The position numbers and the translations under genes are program-made. 64,000 bases of DNA, from NCBI GenBank assembly GCA_964016885.1, contig OZ024745.1, positions 58,156,001-58,220,000 on the forward strand. The letters run 5' to 3'. The notes under the pieces are model-generated. The model saw only the letters and a list, made by a program, of their open reading frames with translations. It made no database searches and was not told the origin of the DNA. Positions 16,868 to 31,620 of the stretch are shown one piece after another (the first letter of the stretch is position 1; every line of letters starts with the position of its first letter). The DNA comes from Eledone cirrhosa. Taxonomy: Eukaryota.

Positions 16868-16899
<32 letters not shown>

Positions 16900-17994
16900 C
16901 TTCAGAGAAAGAGAGAGGTAGGGGGGGGGGGTGTATTTAATGGAATTTACGAACTATAACATATTCGGACAATTGTAGGATGGGCTGAAAGCATTTTGTA
17001 AGAGAACATTGGAATATCATAATAAGATTTGATTGGATGATAAATATATCCCTTGATCGACTTTCATTTGCATCGCTATTTGGAAATATTGTCAGGAAGA
17101 TAGTTATATATGGTATAGTTTGGTCCCGTAACTCCTGATAGAGTCGTAGGGACGCCGTATTGACATATGGTATTTCCTGGGCATTTTACGCCTGGCGGAG
17201 CCCATCCCTCTCCGGGCCAGTTATACATACAAAATACAAAAAAAGAAAACAAAAATATAAAGTAATAAATCGATCTGTAATTCCCATGCATGGAATAAAA
17301 TTTCGTATATATTGAGAAAAGCTAAAACTGTGTTGACGAAAGTAATTCTCAAAGGGAGATAATCATGATCTAAAATAGAAAATCAACTCTTAAAAAGTAT
17401 AATTTGTCACAAACATAAATAAGACAACTTGATACCAATTTTGAACATTTTAAATAGTTGCAATAACATTATCCGTCTGCAGGCTTATGTGATAAGAGGT
17501 ACTTAGGAGCGTTTTTCAAAATTACTAACAACTAAATTTAGGCCTTAAAAATGTTGGGACGAAATGAAAATAGACAAATTGGAAACGCACATTTAATACA
17601 AGGGAACAATTTCTAGCACTAACCAGCGACATTAAACACATGGTGCCTTGTATCACTTAGAAGGGAAATGCACTTCGATAGGTAGTTTGATAATGTCGAT
17701 CATTATAGTGTTCCCGGTAACTGAACGGAAGACAAGCAAGAGTTAAATCTATGCTCAGTTAATTTAATGTCGACATTCTGATTTCGACAGACATTCACCA
17801 GCAGCAGGCGATTATTAGGATTGGCAAAGCTGCAAGTAGGAGAAGAAGTTAATTCAAATGTATTGCTAAGATGTCTAGCATCGTAATTTCCACTGGAACT
17901 ATTTGTCTCTAGCATTTGTATTAAAAATATTAGTGTATCTGTTGTTGATAAGTCACAGTCACACACCCACTGACGCAGACACAAACACACAGTG

Positions 17995-18210
17995 GGGCAT
18001 TGGTAGTATTGGTAGAGCGTTGGATAACATGCTTCGCAGGATAGATTTATGGCCCTTTACGTTCTGATTTCAAATCCCGCCGGGATTTGCTTGCCTTTCA
18101 TCCTTACGAGATCGATAAAATAAAAGACCAGTAATGCACTGGGGTCAATTTAATCAACTTTCCCCTCCCCCCAAATTGCTGGCCTTGTGCCTATAGTAGA
18201 AATCATTATT
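17995..18210 (+). mobile_element. tRNA-derived SINE, full length, same family
   Basis: TGGTAGTATTGGTAGAGCG...GATTTCAAATCCCGCC...GCCTTTCATCCTTACGAGATCGATAAAAT, followed by an (ATT/GTT)n tail. Confidence 0.85.
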
Positions 18211-19456
18211 GTTATTGTTTTTGTTGTTATTGTTGATGTTACTGTTGTTGTTGTTACTGCTGTCGTTGTTGTTGATGATATTACATTGTATCAACATAAG
18301 CTTATAACTGAAAGATGGAATATTAAATACCGTGCATCTATGGACATTACAGCACCAGTGATGGTTCATCACTTCGCCATCAATCAAATCTATTTTTCCC
18401 AGTAGTATCCAGTATCCGATTAAATTTAATCTTTTGTACAAACCCTCACAAAGTAAATGTGAGTTGGCTAGTACATCCGATAGAAGTAATCTTCATTCGA
18501 TTGTCAAAGAAATAAACGTCTGAGAAATGTATTGAGATTGTCATGGGAAACCTTTAGCATGGGAACTGTATGTAATGTCAAAATATAAAAGACACAAATA
18601 CCAACGATGTTCCTTCAAACTGTAACATTTATACATCATTAAACCAGAATAAAACAAACAAATATTTATACACGAGGAATTATTTATAAATCATTACATA
18701 TGAAATGGTTGGAATATGCTGAATATATTAATGAGAGAATTTTGTTTTAGTTTTCTATTTGTTTTCATAAATATTTCTGAGAGAAATATTGTAGTGAGAT
18801 TGACTGATAGTGTACATGAGCGGTGACATTTTACTAGGTGAATAGAATGTATATATTGTAATATTGTAACCAGCATAATGGAGCAAGGAATTGCAGTTCA
18901 AATCTCTATTGAGATTAATTCATTTTTCATAGTCGTTTGACACCTTTGTAAATACAAGAATTTCAACCCTTCTCCTAACCACCTAACCAACAGAAACTAA
19001 TATAAATGTGACAGGCACCAAGACCTATTGATGTAAACTCCCAGATATCTAAAGAGTCGATTCTAAAATAGTTGTCCTTGGAAGACATTTCCTATGGTCT
19101 CTACCTCTGAAAAGTTATGAGAATTATATAATTTCGTTCTCTTCTACTATAAATGAAGGGTTTTTGAGCCAAGGTAAAATATATGTAATCTTTGAAAGAC
19201 TAGACATAGTTGTATTTTTATCCTAAAATCCGTAAGTAACCGTAAACATGCGGGTTTATGTTGCTGATTTATAACATCAATACAAGCCTCATCATGTAAA
19301 TCTATAACCAAAAATATTCTAGCTATGAACATGGCTTACTTCTGACACCATTTTCCAATATAATCCTTCATTTTTATAATGAATGTAAGATGTGATTTCA
19401 GACAGACCTCGTTGCTGTTTCTAAAACACTATGTAAAAGATCCATATATATGTATA

Positions 19457-19546
<90 letters not shown>

Positions 19547-19549
19547 GAT

Positions 19550-19874
19550 ACAATGTATTATCATCATCTAGAAACGATCGTAAAGCAGTGAAGTATATCT
19601 CTAATGACTTGATTTTTTATTTCATTGTTTTAACTTATATATATATATTTCGTTTCTGAATTTGTTTAGCAAGATTCTTTATATGAAAACGTGCGTTGAA
19701 ACCGATATTGTTATGCTTTGGGAGGGTCATGTTGCCAATAAGAAACACACGCACCAGTTGCTTTCACTCCAATTTATTATAAGTTAAATTTATAAATTTT
19801 ACTTATAATAAATTGGAGTGAAAGCACTGGTGCGTGTGTTTCTTATTGGCAACATGACCCTCCCAAAGCGTAAC
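19550..19874. repeat. Family C repeat with ~80-bp fold-back palindrome (19710-19874)
   Basis: GTTATGCTTTGGGAGGGTCATG...ATAAGT is inverted as ACTTAT...CATGACCCTCCCAAAGCGTAAC; relatives at 4140-4310 and 23860-24330. Confidence 0.8.
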
Positions 19875-19892
19875 TATATATATATATATATA

Positions 19893-20070
19893 TATATGAA
19901 ATATAAGAATCAAAGAACTGTTCAAAACATTATTGTGCTTACAGCTGTTTCCTCCAAACGGAGGTTTGTAAGCACAATAATGTTTTGAACAGTTCTTTGA
20001 TTCTTATATTTCATATAACTGCTCTGTAAATCATCTGATGTTTTTAATACATTACTGCCTACCACTATTT
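19893..20070. repeat. Family F PLE-like tail, fold-back palindrome centred on a hammerhead 3' half
   Basis: Arms 19893-19943 and 19967-20017; the centre reads on minus CCTCC GTTT GGAG GAAA CAGCTG TA AGC; downstream sequence resembles 60495-60575. Confidence 0.75.
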
Positions 20071-20139
20071 AGGGTGTGTGTAAAATACTTATAACTGCAT
20101 AAGGTTTTGTATTTACATAACCATAAATAGTATAACTAA

Positions 20140-20477
<338 letters not shown>

Positions 20478-21908
20478 ATATATACGGTGCATGTAGATTA
20501 TATGTATCTACATGTATATATTATATATATATATTACATATCGGTTTACCTTTTTTTTTTCATTGTTAATTTGTTGCAGTTTTTGTTGGTTCTTATTTTA
20601 GTTTTATTTTGATATTTTTGTTGTTGCTGTTGTGTATTTGTATATTTACTAATTTCTTTATTTCCAAATGTTCCATAGTATGATTTTCACTCGATGTATC
20701 ACATGGCTCTTTCGTTACAATTCAGATAAATAATCTTTCACGGAGCTTGTCTAAAATGTTCGGTTTGTAAATATTAATTGCGTTTCTTTCTTCCCTGTAA
20801 ACAGTAATTGTTTCTCTTCTTTGTTATCAAGGATATTATAGCATAAGACGTAACAATAATAACTACTGATATAAGCGTAAATCTGTTTTGTGTAATAGCA
20901 ATTATATGCCCCTCATGTTATCGCTTTCAAAGTTTCTGTTGACGTAATATTCCCGTGATCTGAGTTTATTTTTTCTACCCTTGATGATTTAGATCTCCTA
21001 TGTTGGATAACGAATGTAATTGGTTTAATGTGTATGTTGTTATTATTTCAAACTAACAAAGTCTATTTATATGTTTGTGTAATTTCTGTCGCAGAGGTAA
21101 TCTTCCAGTGAAACTCTCCTTTGATTTCTTATTATACGTGTGCTTTAATTAAATAAATAGACCTCCGTCGGTTCTGGCGATGTATTTCAGTATTTGATTC
21201 AAATGAATTGTCCACTCGTTAAATTGCCAAGTAAATGATCTTTTATTCCACAGACACATACATCCTTAACGCAATTTTTGAGGATATTCAAATGAAGCTA
21301 GTGTGAGACAAGACCGGACCTATTAATTTAAGGTACAGTTCTTCGGACGGTCTTAATTTATTCAATTTCTCTTACAAAACTCAGCTATAATAAAAGCCAC
21401 AAGCTTAAGTTGCGACGCAGTGGGATCAAACTCGAATACCAATATTGTGAAATGAACTTCTTAAAACATACAACCATATTACATTCAGTTTACTTTAGTT
21501 ACATACTTAATAAATGTCACCATTTTTTACTTACATAGGTTCTTTGTAGCTTATTGCATAACTATTTCCAGTATTACATGTTTAACATCTCTTATTCTCA
21601 ATATTTTTTCCTTTTCATAAACAAACAAGCAGTATAGTTTCTGTTTCGTGGTTTCGCAGAATCGCTTCAGTTACAATTAGTTGAATACTAGATTAGAATT
21701 AACAGGGTTAATTTGTGAAGCTGGTGGGACAAGCGAACCAGAAATCCCGAACACCTTATTTCTGCTGTGCGTTCTGATTTCTAACATACAGAAGACATTA
21801 AATGGTTTGTTTAAGCAAAATTAACCACGGCAAAATTTGACCGTAGAACGTAATGGGCGCGACTAGGAACCGCGAATTATTTTGTCTGGGGGAGGAGGAG
21901 AGGTGGGG

Positions 21909-21976
21909 GAAGAAGAAGAAGAAGAAGAAGAAGAAGAAGAAGAAGAAGAAGAAGAAGAAGAAGAAGAAGAAGAAGA
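21909..21976. repeat. (GAA)n microsatellite
   Basis: About 22 perfect GAA units. Confidence 0.95.
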
Positions 21977-22611
21977 TTACATAATCAAATAGGTAAGGAA
22001 ACACATTGCATAATGTAATCCTACATCCCCCCCCCCCCTTGAAAGCTGGTATGATCGCAGTTGAAACACTTTTGATGTCATTTCAGTCGGGTTCAACTAG
22101 TAGTTAAATATCATCATCATCATCAGCAGCAGTAGCGGCATTAGCGGCATGCACATTAAATTTCGTCAGGTTGTAGAGCTTCGATAAAACCTGGTATGAA
22201 TAAATGGAAATCAGACAAATAATAACGAGATCTTGGTTGCAGCTTCAATGCCTCTGTGAGTTCTGTAACGATGTTAGCGCAGTGCACAAAATAGCATCAA
22301 GCGGAAACTGAAACTGTGTCGTGGGCTGAGGTTTCGATTATCGATGCCCATCAATGAGATGAGTCATATTAAGGAGACGTATTATTTCATCCAAGATACG
22401 TCAAATCTGACGGTGCAGAGAGAATTATTCCATATATTGATGTAAAATTCATAAATTCGATAAGAATAACATAGTATATTACTCTGTCTGCTTGGTTGAT
22501 AGCATCAATAATACTTAGTGGTATATTTCGTGTAGCCGATATCAATACTTTTACTGGTACCTTTCCGAGTAACCTTCAAAGATTAAACACATTCACATAC
22601 ACACATACATT

Positions 22612-22654
<43 letters not shown>

Positions 22655-23859
22655 TACTTTCAACAATACTATTTCGTAATATATATTTTATGACACCTAC
22701 TTCAAACATACTTCAAAACGAATAATGTGTATTTTTATTGCACTCTACTTCTGTCATTCATAATGTTTTTACAGCTATTGAATGAAAAGAGACTTTACAG
22801 TGAACAAGAGAAGAAGATAAAAAGAAAACTAACACCGAATACAAAAAGATCATTTCCTTCACTTTCCTTCATATATAATACTTTTCTACAAAACATATTT
22901 GTTCAAATTAACAAGAACAAAATGATGCTATATATCGAGAACGATCTGAAAATAAATGACAATACTGTTATTATTGATTACTTTTTGTTTCCGCTCTTAG
23001 CAAAGTACATCTCGTAAACTTTGTCGAAGTTTTATTTCAAGTAATTTAGTTTGTTTTTGTTTTCTTTTATGAGATACGTTTTCAGCTAAAACTGGTGTTT
23101 ATAATACTATGTGCTCTTTCTTACGACAGCAATTACTGTATATATACTCTTTTTTTATTGATTTTGTTACATAAACAAGAGAATTTTTAGAAGACAGGGA
23201 TAGGGTGAACGTAATCTACTTATTTTATTGACTATAGAAAGATAGAAAATAGAATTTGTCCTTGAGGTATTAGAGCCAATTTAGATTCAGATTCTGCCGT
23301 AATAGAGTATATATTATAGATCATTTCGTGTGACACTCTCCTGTTTCACTTAACTATGTTCTCCTGCTTCACATTAAATTAATTCGTTACGTATACATCT
23401 TTTGTGGAAGTAATGTTTTAATGATAAAATAAAACTGTGTATATTATAAACACCCATTTTACTGAACGTGAGGTATAGAAGATATAGTTTCTTTCTGCTC
23501 TCTTCTTCTAGTTATGACTTCTAAATTGCGTTTCCATTTACTTATTTTGTCCATTATATCGATAAATGGATCAACAAGCTGAACTGATACCTACATATAT
23601 TGTCCATGACACGTAACAATACCGTTTTTAAATCTGTAGACAATTTCTTTATATGTCGCTCTCAGATGCCACAGAGCATCTACATGTTAACTAAAGCCAT
23701 TCGAAACAGTAGAGCAATCTACCAGAAATATAACTGATAAAGACTTCTCTTAGATAATCTGTGCTTAAAAATGTCTACAAATAAGGCTTTAAAGAACTTT
23801 GTAGAGTAATATATTAATTATATATATATATATATATATATTGTTATACTGTGGGAGTT

Positions 23860-24120
23860 ATAAAAACACACGCACCTGTTGGTTTTCACTTCAACCTATT
23901 TCAAATTTCCTGTTGATTGTTTATTGATTGTCACATTCTGTGTCCTACTCAATTGCTGATTTATTATTTTCTGCCCATCCTTTGTTCTGTCCTACACCGA
24001 CAGGTGCGTGTGTTTTTATTGGCAGCATGACCCTCCCAAATTATAACAATATCTATTTCAACACACGTTTTCAGATAAGTAATCTTACAAAATATAAATT
24101 AAAAAACGAAGTATATATAC

Positions 24121-24215
<95 letters not shown>

Positions 24216-24335
24216 ATTAACCTTACATAGATCGATAACGAAGTATGGTTACGATGTATTATCATCACCTAGAAACGATCGTAAAGCAGTGAAGTATATT
24301 TCTAATGACTTGAATTTGTATTTCATTGTTTTAAT
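23860..24335. repeat. Family C repeat with short inverted duplication
   Basis: ATAAAAACACACGCACCTGT (23860) is inverted at ~24000; segments are shared with 4140-4310 and 19550-19700. Confidence 0.7.
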
Positions 24336-24336
24336 T

Positions 24337-24412
<76 letters not shown>

Positions 24413-24431
24413 TGTGTGTGTGTATATGTGT

Positions 24432-24516
<85 letters not shown>

Positions 24517-26247
24517 GTGCATATCTAATTGTCTATATAAAATCCGTGTGTTAACATGTGTCTTTGTATGTATGTATGCGTTGGTTGGGAGTGTGTGTGT
24601 ATGTGTATGGGTGAAATCTGAAACCTGTTAAAGTTTTATTTTTAGAACCAACTTGATATATAACAAATTTTCTCATTGAATATAAAATTTAAATGAAATT
24701 CTGTTTCAACACCACTAGCTGAATAATGAATACTAATTTATCAGATACTCCTTACATAAAATATGATTTAGTTTCCTTATATGTTTGAATCTAAAAATAC
24801 TTCACAAAACAATAATCTCTTTAAACTTATCCGTCAGGAGGAAATAAAATCTCAATCATTCCTCATAGTGTATTAAGATATAGTAGATTTGTCTGACATC
24901 ATGATGACACTAAGAGATCATCAATTTACATAACAATACAAATATTTGAAGATTCTGTCATTGTGATTTAACGATCTCATCAGTATTTATAACATTACAA
25001 AATGTTGATGAGATAACGTGGCTGAATAGAAAAAGATATGAACAAATTAGATAACTATAAATTCAGAACACCCACCACGTTGGAATCGGAGTAGGTTTAA
25101 TAAATATCTTTCCTCTGCGTTAGAGATATTGATTATAAAATGCGCCTCTGTGTAGTATCTTGAACTCTGTTCTGACCAATACAATTTCTATCGATTAAGC
25201 AACAATGGTGTATGTATATGATCGCTGTATTCAAGAGGAAGAAAGAAAACTGAGTGTAGTGCAGTGCTAGATCTGTTGAAGGCGACATCACTCTAAGTGG
25301 GACGTGCAGTGTCACCAAGTCGGTGTAGGACACCACGGAATCGAAGGCGCTCGGCAAGGTTCTAAAGGAAAATGAAGTGGTAGCACGATCAAAATTGTAT
25401 CAGGACAATTCAAGCAAAGAGGGAGTGAATAGCAATTGGAATGCATCAAGCAACCACAGCCTTCTGCTTGGCGTGCTATAGCACCAACGTTCCTGGGAGG
25501 ACTCTGAGCGACAAAGACGTTCAATAGCCACTCTCTTTCGAACTTTAGGCATAGGGCCGATGGACAAAATCCAGGAATCCTTGGTAGGGATTTTCTTATA
25601 TGTGTAAAGTATATCCTACATCTATCGAATTTGATATGTTGGGCTCCGAATATAGCTGGTACATTTCTAGCTTTCATATCAGTTCATTTTTTATTCATAT
25701 ATATTTAAAACAGCAAAAAAGAAAATAACTTCAACTTTTCTGCTACCGAATTGTTCACAATAATCGCCCCAAACAAAGAATATCTCGAAACACACGCATT
25801 AAACGCTGACAACACCCAACAATTATATATATCTGTGATTAAACACAGATTGCTTAAGCGACTTTCCAGATATGAATTGTTACTGTCGGTACCTACTCTC
25901 TCTTTCTTCTTCTCATACTACCGTTAACTTCATTATTCTATTTGAAGTCTCGCGGCATTCGTCCTCGTATTGTTATTATTTTTATAATTTTTTATGTTAT
26001 TGCTGTCATTATATGTAGTGACCGAAATCGAAAAGCTAAAAAAAAACAAAATTGGTGTCTGACTGTTTACCGAAGTTCGTGACTGAACAACATCTGCAGC
26101 AGTTCCGGAAGCATTTGATAGTGTATAATATGGTGGTGTTTGTTGCTGCGCGGTTTGATGCTGTTTCTGTCGTCATCTTGTTCTTTATACAGAAAATCTG
26201 CTGTTTGCAAGCTTGCGTGTATACACACACACACGCGCGCGCGCACG

Positions 26248-26286
<39 letters not shown>

Positions 26287-26300
26287 ACACACACACACAG

Positions 26301-26365
<65 letters not shown>

Positions 26366-27211
26366 TGATGACTGCTCCCTCGTTATCGAGTATGGCCATT
26401 GCACGATATAACATTATTGATAATTAAATTATTAATTAATTCTATTGTGCAATGCCTGTGCGTGAAGATATTTTTTAAAGTGAGGAAAGACTGTGCACTG
26501 AGCTAATTCCACTCTCTGATCGACAGTAGCTATAACCCGAAAAGAAGAAAAGATCAACATCATCGGTAACTACTGAACTGCAGGTTTTATGTCGGAGTTA
26601 TCCCAGTTTCCTTAGTTGCCTTCTTCTAGAAGAATGCCCTGACAAAATCCTTCACTCCTAGTGATTTAACCGCGCAATACCTGTGTATATATATATTTAC
26701 ACACTTTTGGATGGCCGTTGACTCTCATGAGTTCTTCCGCCCTTTGTATATATATATATGTATATATAAAATGAGATTAATATCCCCACGGGTACTAAGT
26801 ACCCATGGAAATATATAGGGTGTCTATAATATATTTGTTGTTCAATGGTATTAATTTGAGATACCAGAACTATAAAATTAAGATGAGCGGAATAAGTAAA
26901 CATTAAACAATCTTCTATATAAATTAAAATACGATTTAAATATTTACCTATCCAAAATGCTTTTGCCGACGGTTGCGCCTCACGAAAGGACTTCCAATTG
27001 AAAGATCGGCTCTTCAGGAAACTATTTCCATTCTATAGGACGTAAAGTCTCACAGTTTGTAAATATATCGCCTACTGCAGCTAGCGTAAGGTCAGGTCGT
27101 TAAATGACCCATACATAAACTGGTCGTTAGTAAAAGCGGAAATATTATAGACGTGTTGTATATGTATATATATATATATATATGTCAGGTATGTATATAT
27201 ATATATGTTAT

Positions 27212-27819
27212 GTCAGGTCACCAGTTGGTGCTACTGGTAACATGTATCCCAGTACAACCTGTCTCATGGTCGGGTCGTTGGCGACTAAACTGGCAACCCC
27301 ACCAAGGTTTCTTGGTGAGGAGGGTGACTTTGGACATCCTGCAGGACTAAAAACAAAACCTGTCAAAGGGCAAAGGAGCTCTTAAGAGTCAATGGCCATC
27401 CAAAATCACCGGGAGAGATGACCCCTTAGCCTTTGTCAAGGCAGAATTCTAAGAGAAGGAAAACTCTGATATAACACCTGCAACCCTGATGGTATCCAAT
27501 GATGTTGACTTGTTCTTCTTTTTGCTAAATATCATCTTGGTTCAGAGAGTGGGACTGGCTTTGTGCAGTGCCTTTGCTCATTATAAAAGCTTCACGGCAC
27601 AGGCATTGCTTTACATCTGGAGATCTCTCTGCACTTGTCATCACATGGTACCATGGGCCCAGCACTATGTGTCAATAATTGTCACAAGTGTAGTGTTTGT
27701 ACCAGAGTTTTCAAGTCGCTGGCTGGACTAAAAAGTCACACTCTTTCAGCCCATCGGTAGGGGTTCTCCTACATGGATGTAAAGTAGTGGCCGTACTCGA
27801 AAACGAGTTGGCAGCCACC
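27212..27819 (+). mobile_element. Family H non-coding ~607-bp retroposon, RTE-5'UTR-like, copy 1
   Basis: About 98% identical to 28154-28759 by eye; contains AGAAGGAAAACTCTGATATAACACCT, resembling RTE 5' UTRs; ends in an AT microsatellite tail. Confidence 0.65.
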
Positions 27820-28027
27820 ATATATATATGTATATATACATACACACACATATATACATATACATATGTACGTTTGGATATATCGACAGAAACATGTTGA
27901 TTGTTCCTCAAAGCTAGTGTTGAACAAACAGGTGACGATAGGTCACCTGCATGGCACAGGTTCAAATTTGTTTACAAACGAATATAACATTATTATTATT
28001 GTTCGATATAACCCAAACCTACATATT

Positions 28028-28061
<34 letters not shown>

Positions 28062-28153
28062 TGTATGTATGTATGTATGTATGTATGTATGTATGTACGT
28101 ATGTATGTATGTATGTATGTATATATATGTATGTCATATATATATATGTATGT

Positions 28154-28759
28154 GTCAGGTCACAAGTGGGTGCTACTGGTAACATGTATCCCAGTACAAC
28201 CTGTCCCATGGTCGGGTCGTTGGCGACTAAACTGGCAACCCCACCAAGGTTTCTTGGTGAGGAGGGTGACTTTGGACATCCTGCAGGACTAAAAACAAAA
28301 CCTGTCAAAGGGCAAAGGAGCTCTTAAGAGTCAATGGCCATCCAAAATCACCGGGAGAGATGACCCCTTAGCCTTTGTCAAGGCAGAATTCTAGGAGAAG
28401 GAAAACTCTGATATAACACCTGCAACCCTGATGGTATCCAATGATGTTGACTTGTTCTTCTTTTTGCTAAATATCATCTTGGTTAAGAGAGTGGGACTGG
28501 CTTTGTGCAGTGCCTTTGCTCACTATAAAAGCTTCACGGCACAGGCATTGCTTTACATCTGGAGATCTCTCTGCACTTGTCATCACATGGTACCATGGGC
28601 CCAGCACTATGTGTCAATAATTGTCACAAGTGTAGTGTTTGTACCAGAGTTTTCAAGTCGCTGGCTGGACTAAAAAATCACACTTGTTCAGCGCATCGGT
28701 AGGGGTTCTCCTACATGGATATAATGTAGTGGCTGTACTCGAAAACGAGTTGGCAGCCA
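28154..28759 (+). mobile_element. Family H copy 2
   Basis: Same sequence offset by 942 bp; preceded by (TATG)n. Confidence 0.65.
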
Positions 28760-28776
28760 GTATATATATGTATATA

Positions 28777-28830
28777 GGAAAAGAGTCAGGACCCCCGACG
28801 GCTGAGCTCCGGCCGTTTCGACAGCTAAAT
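28777..28830 (-). repeat. Family A diverged fragment
   Basis: GGACCCCCGACGGCTGAGCTCCGGCCGTTTCGACAGCTAAAT. Confidence 0.65.
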
Positions 28831-29951
28831 CCGTGTGTGGGGGGGGGGGGGGTGTCATTGCTTTTTTTCCCTGTGGCGTTAAAGTCTATCAAGACGCCCA
28901 ATTTAATATGACTACTTAAATCATGAGAAGTACTGGGAGCATTACTGTTACAATTATATGGGCCAATTTTGTAGCAGTAGCTTTTCTGGAACCTCACCAT
29001 GCATTAATAATCTTTAGTCAATAGGGCCTTGGATTGAATACCTCAGGATTTCTTCTGACTCGCTATGCTCTGAGTTCAAATCACGCCGAGTTTAGTTTTT
29101 CCTTTTTTCCTTTCGGGGTCGATAAATAAATTACCAATACAGATTCTTTTCTTATCTCCCTTTATCACTTTCTCTAATTTTTCTACCTCTTTTTTGAAAA
29201 ACTTATCTATGTTCAGACATGGAGACGGATGGGTTCCACTAAGTTTTAATGCATGTGAAAAAGCGTGTGTCAGGAGGGCACTCCTATAACTACATCAAAG
29301 GTTAAGATCCCTTTCTTTTTCTCTTTCCTTTTTTAACATCCATGGATTCCAATACAACATATAGCATCTTAACATGCACACAATCTATTCATCGCTGAGA
29401 CGCACATCTTTAAAATTATATTTATATATAGTCTGTCCTTGCTGTCCAAGCTACATCCACTCTTTACTTATACTTTATTCGGAAAGCTGATATCTTGAAA
29501 TATATTGATCCACTCTATTCTAACATTTAGATATCAGCAACAAATTTAATTCAGCTCAAATATTTTTTCCCCATTTTTCAACACATATTGCTTCCTACAA
29601 CAACTTTCTGGCCATATATTTTCCTGTTACTTCAATATCTATTTCAATCGACCTTTTCTCCAAAGTCTTTATCTTCAGTGATACTAACCCTCACAATACA
29701 ACTATCATTCTCAACCTGTACAGATGGCGCCTATCTATAAACTGACACGCTCACAATGTACTTTTCCTTATACGTATTTCTGACCGACAGAGAGACATTT
29801 CAAACACTCTCCATTTGTTTCTCACCTCCAAACCAAACCTCTACATTTAGTGTTGCCTGACCATTGCCGTATTTTGACTATCAATCATTCACCCATGTTT
29901 TACAAAACGTCCCTAGTATGGCTGCCATGCCATTAGATTTGTCGGTGTTTC

Positions 29952-30031
<80 letters not shown>

Positions 30032-30111
30032 TCCCTCTCTCTCTCTCGAAATACACACACACGCATATATATATACATCAATATATAAAGGTACATACAT
30101 ACATATATACA

Positions 30112-31620
30112 TGTTGATTGTTACTTCTTGCCAGAAGAATGCTATCCCTTCATTGAACATTGCACGGTCATGTGCATGCAGGTGACTTTTCAGACCCACT
30201 TTTCAGACCCACATGCAGAAACGTTCACAGATGTGACACTCATGTTTATTAACCATGTGTAGTCAGTCCACCAGCTGACTTGCAAATTAAGCCACACTCA
30301 CTGCAAATGTGCCGTGAGTGTGTGACAGTAGAACCATCTCACAGTTGGTTCAATTTCTTCCTGGCTCGTGTGATATCAGATGGTTAACAAAACTAGCTCG
30401 TGTTAGAGGAAATCGGCCACATACATTGCACCTCAAATCTTTCTACATTTTTGCAGGCATTTCACTTGCGTCCTGCTTACGAAGTGAACGCTTCAAAACA
30501 GCATGCTCCACTCGCTTTTTCTCAAAGACATCACATCCATATTTGATGATCTTTCTCCATGAGTCATTCTCTCTCAGTTCTCCATATCAATCTTCAGAGC
30601 TTTAAGATTGTCTTTTAAGACATCCTTAAACCGCTTCTTTGGTTTATGTTGTGGCCTTTTCCCTCTGGTCAGTTTCCCATAAAACAGTTGTTTAAGCAGC
30701 CTTCCATCCACCATCCTTACCACATGACCAGCCCAGCGCATCTAGTTCATAATAATCCTCCTCTCAATACTGGTGCTACCCGCTTTCTCAAGTACCACAG
30801 CATGAGGTGTGTAAGAGGACACTTGATGTTTAGGATGATGTGTGTACAATGTTGGTGAAATCGTTCCATCTGCCTGATATGATGCCTGCAAGTTGCCCAC
30901 GTTTCGCATCCATATAGCAGGGCTACAAGAACACAGGCCTCATACATAGAGAGCTTTGTGTTTTTCGTGATTCCCTGATTTGACTAGACTCGCTTCCCGA
31001 AGACAAGACTTGCTTTCGCAATCCGGTGATCTATTTCTGCATCAAGGGTACCATCTCTACTAAGTGTACTTCCGAGATACACAAAGCTGTCCACCACCTC
31101 AAGTCTTTTTCCTCTCACGAAAACGTCTGCTCCCACATACACTTTCCCAACTGGTGAAGTGTACATGACCTTTGTCTTTGTTATACTAATATTTAGCTCA
31201 AACACAGTACATGCATTGGAAAAGATGTCCAATATCAACTGCCTGTCCTCTACTGTGTGAGATACAAAAATCTGCATCATCAGCATACAGGAACTCCCTA
31301 ACAAGTGTGCCAAAAACCATTTTAGATTAAATACTTTGCAAGAATACACCGATTTCGAAATCATGGAAGGCATATGTCAGCAGTACGGCAAAGTAGATGG
31401 AGAACAGAGTGGGTGCAAGTATGTCGCCTTGGTCAACAACGTTTTCCACTGAAATTGGCTCTGAAAGTGTCCCATTGAAGTTCACTTTTGCTTTCATATC
31501 TTGATGGAGTTTTCTGAATATTCCAATAAACTCATGAGGGCATCTAGGTTTCCCAATATGACCCATAATGCACTACGATAAACAGTATCAAAGGCTTTGT
31601 TAAGGTCCACAAAAACATAC
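30112..31620 (-). mobile_element. RTE/BovB-type LINE, RT domain to 3' end, decayed
   Basis: FVDLNKAFDTV, QGDILAPTLFSIYF, LYADD, LNISITKTKVM, VDSFVYLGS, IDHRIAKAS, LLYGCETW and C-terminal C2H2-like GLKSHLHAH; several frameshifts and stops. Confidence 0.92.

Noticed and set aside
25312-25677. 121-aa non-repetitive ORF
   Set aside because: No recognisable domain or splice structure.
26780-27120. Short palindromes (GGGTACTAAGTACCC, GGTCGTTAAATGACC) suggesting piggyBac-type ends
   Set aside because: No matching terminal inverted repeats or paired TTAA sites were found.
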